Below are positions 57,906-64,000 of a stretch of DNA of 64,000 nucleotides, one piece after another (the stretch's first letter is position 1; the number at the start of each line of letters is the position of its first letter). Below the pieces are notes generated by a model. It searched no databases and was not told the origin of the DNA. It saw nothing but the letters and a program-made list of their open reading frames with translations. The stretch covers positions 288,001 to 352,000 of the forward strand of contig CBDBFU010000015.1 of NCBI GenBank assembly GCA_965205025.1, written 5' to 3'. This DNA is from Candidatus Poribacteria bacterium (lineage in GTDB: Bacteria > Poribacteria > WGA-4E > WGA-3G). Made by a program: the position numbers and the translations under genes.

Positions 57906-58665
57906 ACGTTCTATATCTATAACCTGTATAGTCAGATAAGAATAGGATTACATCCCAAATTTCTTCTTGTGTGAGATGATCTTCCCAAACTGGCATGGCA
58001 CTATTCCAAGGTGTTCCTGATGCTGGCAAACCTGGTCCACCTTTACTAATTCTCCAGAAGAAGAATGATTCTTGGAAGTTCGGGATAATACCGGGGTCTT
58101 GGAAGTTTGCTGGTAGTGGTTGAAGTCCGTGTGCAAAATGTCCTTGGCCATCTAAGTGATCGCCATGACAATAAAAACAGTTATCATAATAGACTCTTCT
58201 CCCATTTTCCACATGCGACTTGAATGTCTCTGGATCGTCCTTTTCATAATGGCGGTAAGGATTTTGTGCCTTCTGCATTGTATCTATGACTTCATCTTTA
58301 TATTTTAACTCAAGAGGAGGTGTAGGATGTGCATCGCGTGGATCTCCTGGTGGAGGAGTTTTTTGTGCTAAATTTGTATATGTAAATCCTGTGAGAAATA
58401 ATGGTATTGCTATGACTAAAACAAGTCGTCTGACACGGTATTGATCATTGACAAGTGTTTCATGTATAGGTCTGAGAAATTCCCGAAATCTCGAATCTTC
58501 AACCGAAACATGGACTAAAATTGCCACGAGAACTAACGCCATATACATCCCAATAACACTATTCGGAATTGGTTTAGAAATAACACCTCCAATAACAAAC
58601 TCAAGAAAAACCCAACTTACGATGGATATAACGAAACATATTGTGAATAGTGAAATGCGTTTCAT
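57889..58665 (-). CDS. Membrane-anchored monoheme cytochrome c
   Basis: Three TM segments; CFYCHGD, PANF, WRISKGG, SAMP. Confidence 0.88.
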   Translation of the reverse strand: MKRISLFTICFVISIVSWVFLEFVIGGVISKPIPNSVIGMYMALVLVAILVHVSVEDSRFREFLRPIHETLVNDQYRVRRLVLVIAIPLFLTGFTYTNLAQKTPPPGDPRDAHPTPPLELKYKDEVIDTMQKAQNPYRHYEKDDPETFKSHVENGRRVYYDNCFYCHGDHLDGQGHFAHGLQPLPANFQDPGIIPNFQESFFFWRISKGGPGLPASGTPWNSAMPVWEDHLTQEEIWDVILFLSDYTGYRYRTFGEGH

Positions 58666-58705
58666 GGGTTATCTCCTATTGTGTTATCTTCTTTGAATTA
58701 TTCTA

Positions 58706-60262
58706 CTATTCAGCGACTTCTTCGCTTGTATCGTCTGTATCTTCAGATGCTTCAGCGGATTGTGTTTCTTCTGTTGATGTTGAACCGGTCAATGTACTTA
58801 GATAAGCCAATAGATTTGCTTGGTCTACAACGGACAATAGAATTGGAAAGTTATCCGGCATTGGTGATGTGACATGAAGTTTCTTACCTGAACCAAGAAT
58901 GAACATAGTGCTACCCTCTTCAAAGTCCCAAAACGGGTCGTATGTTTCTTCACTACCATCAACCATTATTACGATTTGCTCACTATCCATATCCCCTGAG
59001 ATGAGTTCTCCAATGATTTCCTCACGATCAGCTTCCATAATACCGCGGAACTGTTGTTTTACAGCATCTTTAGAAACTGTTTGTGTAGAATCACCTACCT
59101 TTAGTGTTACACTCTCAGCAGTTTCTTCAACAATTTCTCCACTGATAGGACCGTCAGCATCAAGTGGAGTTACAGTTAATGTAAGGTAACCTCTTCCTTT
59201 AAGATTATCAAGTTCTTCTATTGGTTCTTCATCCAATTCACTCAAAAGTATAGTATGCTCAGTTTCAATCCCGGCATCATCCTTTGTTTTTACAACAATC
59301 TGTTCATTATCTTGTGAAACAAGGGTGCCTTGATATGTAATTCCATTAGCGGTTACAGTGACTTTTCCGTAACCACTGACAATCTGTGCATGGGGTAGTA
59401 GAATAGATTCTTCTATATAACGCAATTCATTGAATGCTGCGATTTCGGATAGGTCTGGAGCAGTTACAACTTCAAAATCTTCGTTTGCTTCTCCAGCATT
59501 AGGATTGACTAATCCTTGAATTTCATGACAAGAAATACATGCTTGCTTGATGAAAACTTTTTTACCTTCTTCTGGATCCCCAGAAAGTAATGGAGGAAGT
59601 GCTTCAGCTGCAGTACCGATTTCAGCTCTATCTATCGGTTCAGTGAATGGTTCAGGATCAATATCACCACCCAGACTTTGTAAAAAGGCAATAACAGCTT
59701 GAATCTCTAACTTAGAAAGTGCAATAGGGTTTTTCCATACCTCAGGCATGATTTTACCGTACCCAGGCACTAAGTATTTTCCAGGATCATAGAGCGATTC
59801 GATGAGATATTCCTTTGCTCCCATACCGGGTACACGAGTGGCGGCATTCATCCCGATATCCGTGAGATCAGGACATCTCCCTTTTGGGGCAGAGGTATCT
59901 AATGTGTGACAGGCACTACACTGTCCTTTGGTATTAAAAATAGTTAAGCCGATTTCAGCTACAGCATCCGGATCAGACCAATCTAATGATGTTACATCTC
60001 CAGTAGCAGTTGATGTATTTGGCACAAGTGCTGCTACAAAAGCATAAAACCATATCACACCCAGAGAGAAAGACACCAATTTCATAACTGGATACCATAA
60101 CACCATATTAACCAGTACAGAAATCGTAAACCATACAGACCAAGGTAAAACTTGATCGTTCTCGGTGTTGATCGGAAATGCACCAGCACCTGAAATAAAT
60201 GCTATGAAACTAATTACCATTATTATCAGAGATACAATTTTAATAAGTGTGTTCTTGGTCAT
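58706..60262 (-). CDS. Membrane-anchored diheme cytochrome c with acidic beta-rich insert
   Basis: N-terminal TMs; CSACH..CPDL..IMP and CISCH..APDL..SPMP. Confidence 0.85.
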   Translation of the reverse strand: MTKNTLIKIVSLIIMVISFIAFISGAGAFPINTENDQVLPWSVWFTISVLVNMVLWYPVMKLVSFSLGVIWFYAFVAALVPNTSTATGDVTSLDWSDPDAVAEIGLTIFNTKGQCSACHTLDTSAPKGRCPDLTDIGMNAATRVPGMGAKEYLIESLYDPGKYLVPGYGKIMPEVWKNPIALSKLEIQAVIAFLQSLGGDIDPEPFTEPIDRAEIGTAAEALPPLLSGDPEEGKKVFIKQACISCHEIQGLVNPNAGEANEDFEVVTAPDLSEIAAFNELRYIEESILLPHAQIVSGYGKVTVTANGITYQGTLVSQDNEQIVVKTKDDAGIETEHTILLSELDEEPIEELDNLKGRGYLTLTVTPLDADGPISGEIVEETAESVTLKVGDSTQTVSKDAVKQQFRGIMEADREEIIGELISGDMDSEQIVIMVDGSEETYDPFWDFEEGSTMFILGSGKKLHVTSPMPDNFPILLSVVDQANLLAYLSTLTGSTSTEETQSAEASEDTDDTSEEVAE

Positions 60263-60277
60263 TCTCTTGTCCTCTGT

Positions 60278-62188
60278 TTAATCGTCGTTCCCTGTAGAAA
60301 CTTCGGCTTCAAGTTGTACTGAGGTATCTTTTTTCTTTTCACCCCACAGACCTAACCAGAAGATAAAACCTACAAGTGCGAAAAAGATTACCATTATGAC
60401 GGATACAGTGTTTACGGCACTACTCAATGAAGGGGTAAATGCATCTGGTGATCTATCTTTCATAACTCCAAAGATATGCCATCCTTCTCTTAAACCGGAC
60501 CTTGCATACCCCATCAATCCCATGAGTGATGTAAAGGTGATAGCAAGGAGAATAAGCACGTATTGGGATCGTTCGCTTATCTGTCCCCATCTGATAGTTC
60601 CAGAAGTTGATGCTTTACGGTACATGAATATGTCAAGCACTGTGACAGCAAACATTACAGTAAGCGCAATCACAACCTGCCAAGGGGTCAATATATTCAC
60701 ACGAATATCTGTATCAACTGTGAATCCAACTATTCCAATTACTACAATAGACACGACACCTAAGAAGAAGATAACCGATATTATGATGTTACCGATTCCT
60801 TTCCAACTCACAGTAGGTGACTTACCCGATCTTCTATAGAACAGAAAACTTAGGAAGGTTGTTAATATGATGATATTAACAGCAGTATTTTTTGCAGTCA
60901 TTAACCCAAATAACCCAATGTGTGGATGGTTCCCACCTCCCATTGCACTGAGTTCAGAAGCAGTTGAAATTTTCGATAGTGTTCGCGGTGTCATCCATAT
61001 TCCAACACATATCACAATTATTGCTATCATATAAGGTCGATAACGTGCATAGACTTCTCCGCCATCTATCCGTCCCATTCCAGACCACAGATAGTAGTTT
61101 GCACCAATAAACAGTACACCGATCATCACTGCTTGTAGGATAAATAACCAAGAGAAGAGAGCACCCATCATGTTAATACCCATTGTGTTATTGAACATGT
61201 AGATTTCTCTACCCAACCAATAACCTGCAAAAGGTAAAGGTATGAGTCCGCATAGTGCGATGAAGTTCCCGTTATACCCCATCCAATCGTAATGTGCTTT
61301 ATCTTCTTTTGATTTTGCAACGAGGAAACGAAATGCTGCGTATGCTGCAACTATGGATCCACCAAAAGCGATATTTCCAATAAGACGATGGATATTGACA
61401 GGCATCCATGTAAAGTTGTTAACTGCTTCCCATACGGTCCCTAAGAATTCACCTGTTGTTTCGTTGTGTAGTGGAATAACAGTGTGATCAGTCACATCTG
61501 CCATGACTTCAGAGCGTGTTAACTCAGGATTCTGTGCTATTGAATTCTCTATCCAAGCTTCCTTAGTTTTCTCAGTTAGCTTACGTAATTGTGTTCCGGG
61601 ACTTGTCTGATAGGTTAACCATGTATTGGAAACAAACATTATCGCTGTTCCCCATACGTTTAAGAGAACACCGAGAAATAGATGCCATCCTTTAAACCGT
61701 CCTTGCATCTTATCCCAACCGTATGAATATAGATATAGGGTAAAGGTCTCCCCGAAAAACAGGATAACATAAAATATCATTGTAGGACCGAAAATCCCAC
61801 TCAGCTTGCTCATGACCTTTGGATAACACCATAAAAGGACAAAGACGAGAACACCACCTAAAAGGGCAGTTGTAGAAAATGCTCCCATACAGAGTTTGAT
61901 AAACTCTTTTGCCATTCTGTCATAACGTTCTTCCTTTGTTTTCCAACCGATGAACTCGATTATAACGGCAAACATTGGAACGCCGAGGATAAAGGATCCG
62001 AACAATAGGTGTAACTGTGCAGCAATCCATGCAGCATTACGTGAACCTATTAACGGGAATGGACGGTACTCTGCATCTGTAGTGTCTTGTGCAAACGCGG
62101 GTGCGACAGATAGCAAAATATATCCCAGTAGCATTATACCGAGTATGAGATAAACTCTCTTTTTTCTTAGAAGAGAATTCTTACGCAT
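60278..62188 (-). CDS. Cytochrome bd-superfamily oxidase subunit I-like protein (Nitrospira alternative-oxidase/OR-N-like)
   Basis: AQLHLLFGSFILGVP, FFGETF, NIHRLIGN, MGYARSGLREGWH; many TM helices; no GRQPW motif. Confidence 0.8.
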   Translation of the reverse strand: MRKNSLLRKKRVYLILGIMLLGYILLSVAPAFAQDTTDAEYRPFPLIGSRNAAWIAAQLHLLFGSFILGVPMFAVIIEFIGWKTKEERYDRMAKEFIKLCMGAFSTTALLGGVLVFVLLWCYPKVMSKLSGIFGPTMIFYVILFFGETFTLYLYSYGWDKMQGRFKGWHLFLGVLLNVWGTAIMFVSNTWLTYQTSPGTQLRKLTEKTKEAWIENSIAQNPELTRSEVMADVTDHTVIPLHNETTGEFLGTVWEAVNNFTWMPVNIHRLIGNIAFGGSIVAAYAAFRFLVAKSKEDKAHYDWMGYNGNFIALCGLIPLPFAGYWLGREIYMFNNTMGINMMGALFSWLFILQAVMIGVLFIGANYYLWSGMGRIDGGEVYARYRPYMIAIIVICVGIWMTPRTLSKISTASELSAMGGGNHPHIGLFGLMTAKNTAVNIIILTTFLSFLFYRRSGKSPTVSWKGIGNIIISVIFFLGVVSIVVIGIVGFTVDTDIRVNILTPWQVVIALTVMFAVTVLDIFMYRKASTSGTIRWGQISERSQYVLILLAITFTSLMGLMGYARSGLREGWHIFGVMKDRSPDAFTPSLSSAVNTVSVIMVIFFALVGFIFWLGLWGEKKKDTSVQLEAEVSTGNDD

Positions 62189-62290
62189 TATCTATTCTCT
62201 CAATAGTATGACTGATCGTATTAGTGTTTTACACTCTGAAAGGTGTATTGAATCAACAAGACAGATATATTAAATCTGTTTTATAGTTAT

Positions 62291-63055
62291 CTACTTTTTC
62301 TTAGGTTTTCTGAAATCTGTACTCTTGAAGTCAACTGTAACATCACCATCAGCCGTAACTTCAACAGTCTTGTTTGCTGTACCAAGTTCCTCGTGCCATG
62401 CTACAACTCTTACTCTACCGGCTGCTACACCCTTTAAAGTAAACTTACCTGTATCGGCAGATTTTTCATAGGCGTCAGGATGAATCCATTTACCTTCACT
62501 ATCTTTCTGTCCCGTAACAGTAAAATGGTTGCTGTCAACAGCGACGATATAGCCGCTCATCCATGAATGGATATCACAAGTTAATTTGATGGGTTCGGCT
62601 TTTGTCAGCTTATATGGAATAACTACACCTTTATCGGCAACTATGAAATTCTTTGCTTCATTCTTCATTGCATGTGAATGAACATTATGTGCAACAGGAT
62701 CACTGGATGTCACATCAACTGTTGTACCGGTTGGTACTGCGATGACATGCGGTAGATACCGACAGTTTAGTTGATCAACTTTTGGATTCGTCTTTGGTAG
62801 TGTTACCTTTTGTCCCCGAACACGTGCATAAACTACCACATTTTGGATTCCTTTTCCTTTTGATACGACAAGTGATTCAGATTTCATTCCTTTTGTAGTA
62901 TCAAGACAGTGTTTTTCTTGTGTATTTATAGTCAATGCTGTACGTGCTGGTGCATCTCCGTCATAGGTGACTGTCCCAGTAATATTTCCAGCATAAGCGA
63001 TAGTTGCAAATGAAACGGATATAATTAGGGTAATAATGATTTTCAGAGTTTTCAT
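62291..63055 (-). CDS. Exported carboxypeptidase-regulatory-like/cupredoxin-like protein, paralog of 55267..56055
   Basis: DQLNCRYLPHV, HNVH, CDIHSWM, VAWHEELG. Confidence 0.8.
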   Translation of the reverse strand: MKTLKIIITLIISVSFATIAYAGNITGTVTYDGDAPARTALTINTQEKHCLDTTKGMKSESLVVSKGKGIQNVVVYARVRGQKVTLPKTNPKVDQLNCRYLPHVIAVPTGTTVDVTSSDPVAHNVHSHAMKNEAKNFIVADKGVVIPYKLTKAEPIKLTCDIHSWMSGYIVAVDSNHFTVTGQKDSEGKWIHPDAYEKSADTGKFTLKGVAAGRVRVVAWHEELGTANKTVEVTADGDVTVDFKSTDFRKPKKK

Positions 63056-63116
63056 TGGTCTTCTCCTTAGTTCAATACATTCAATATTAATCTGAACTCA
63101 ATAATATAATTTATTA

Positions 63117-63143
63117 TAGGTACGCTTGAAAACCGTACCTACC
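63117..63143. repeat. REP-like palindrome
   Basis: Minus strand GTAGGTACGGTTTTCAAGCGTACCTA. Confidence 0.5.
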
Positions 63144-63270
63144 TTGGCAGTGAATACAAGATTTATGGCATTAATAACTTCATTCTCAAATAAGGTTCAC
63201 GTTAATATTAACACCTATAGATTTTAATTGGCAAACGGTAAAATTCAACTATCACGGATATCCGTGTGAA

Positions 63271-63627
63271 TTATTGCCTGTATTTTGCCTTAATATAATC
63301 AAGTATCTGCTGTTGGTCTTCTTCATTTAGGTAGTAGTGAAAGGCTGGCATATCGTTTTTCCCATCCCGGATGCTTTTCAGAAGTTGTTCATCGCTATGT
63401 ACTGTCCACAAATTCTCATCAGTCAGATCAGCGGGGTCTAATTTCTTGAATCTCCCAATCCGTCCATTCCCTTCACCATCTTTTCCATGACATCCTGCAC
63501 AATATCTTGCATATTTATATTCTACTTCTGTAGGATATCTGTTAGTCGGATCAATCTGATTTCCTAACCAGATTAATCCGTTAATCCACACAAGAATCAT
63601 GACAATAACAATCATCAGATGTTTCAT
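63271..63627 (-). CDS. Small monoheme cytochrome c
   Basis: TM/signal segment; CAGCHG, PADLT, GKNDMPAF. Confidence 0.88.
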   Translation of the reverse strand: MKHLMIVIVMILVWINGLIWLGNQIDPTNRYPTEVEYKYARYCAGCHGKDGEGNGRIGRFKKLDPADLTDENLWTVHSDEQLLKSIRDGKNDMPAFHYYLNEEDQQQILDYIKAKYRQ

Positions 63628-63644
63628 ATAGGACGGAACCCCTA

Positions 63645-63673
63645 TGTAGGGACGTATTATGACCGCACCTACA
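63645..63673. repeat. REP-like palindrome
   Basis: TGTAGGGACGTATTATGACCGCACCTACA; minus strand reads GTAGGTGCGG... Confidence 0.45.
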
Positions 63674-64000
63674 TTAACGACCTAATGAGAGTATGTAGTC
63701 TCGAACGAAGCGAATCTGCTTTTCAGCATCACTTCCAGCATAGTTGCCGTATGGGAGATGTTTGTCATCGACAAGAGGCCATGCTTGTGGCATTGCCGTA
63801 CCTGGTTGTAGTGCTTGTGGATCTTTCAACCAATCCATAAGCCAATCTGGTTTTAATCTACCATTGGCTAAGGATAGATCTGGTCTACCTGCTTTATCGC
63901 TTCCTTGAGATATTATCTCACCTTTTGAAGGATGGCATGAGTCGCACTTAAGTGCATCGAATATCTGCTTTCCTACCTGTAATTCTGTTCGAGTAGACAT
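63674..64000 (-). CDS. C-terminal cytochrome c domain of a gene probably truncated by the window edge
   Basis: CDSCH, RPDLS..RLKPDWLMDWLKDPQALQPGTAMP. Confidence 0.8.
   Translation of the reverse strand: MSTRTELQVGKQIFDALKCDSCHPSKGEIISQGSDKAGRPDLSLANGRLKPDWLMDWLKDPQALQPGTAMPQAWPLVDDKHLPYGNYAGSDAEKQIRFVRDYILSLGR

Noticed and set aside
56148-62188. Evidence for nitrite oxidation
   Set aside because: No NxrA/NxrB molybdoenzyme genes in the window; similarity to Nitrospira modules alone does not show the metabolism.

Overview
A gene-dense, AT-rich bacterial window with no rRNA, tRNA or CRISPR array. The gene repertoire suggests a sponge symbiont of the Candidatus Poribacteria type (inference): multiple PhyH dioxygenases, Uma2 nucleases, ankyrin and WD40 proteins, a PQQ-type propeller, FlgD/T9SS-like C-termini and a 'KLAVSWAQMK' C-terminal tag. 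1-26 kb is mixed accessory and metabolic sequence with REP/MITE-like repeats in the intergenic spaces. 26-30 kb is a CymR-like/cysK/cysH/sulfur-carrier/JAB-NIL sulfur locus. 32-64 kb is one long run of minus-strand genes. In transcription order it holds a Nitrospira-like cytochrome bd-like oxidase and cytochrome c module, an ABC transporter, a complete A1-type aa3 oxidase operon interrupted by an orphan DNA methyltransferase, and then a putative maturation module. In that module four different proteins carry six copies of a BchB/ChlB C-terminal (PCP_red-like) domain, next to an Mrp/ApbC ATPase and an AhbD-like radical SAM enzyme; this is the best candidate for an undescribed system. Other highlights are an uncalled CTG-start membrane gene and PhyH enzymes with a halogenase-like HxG iron motif. 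All family assignments come from motif recognition by eye, without database searches.
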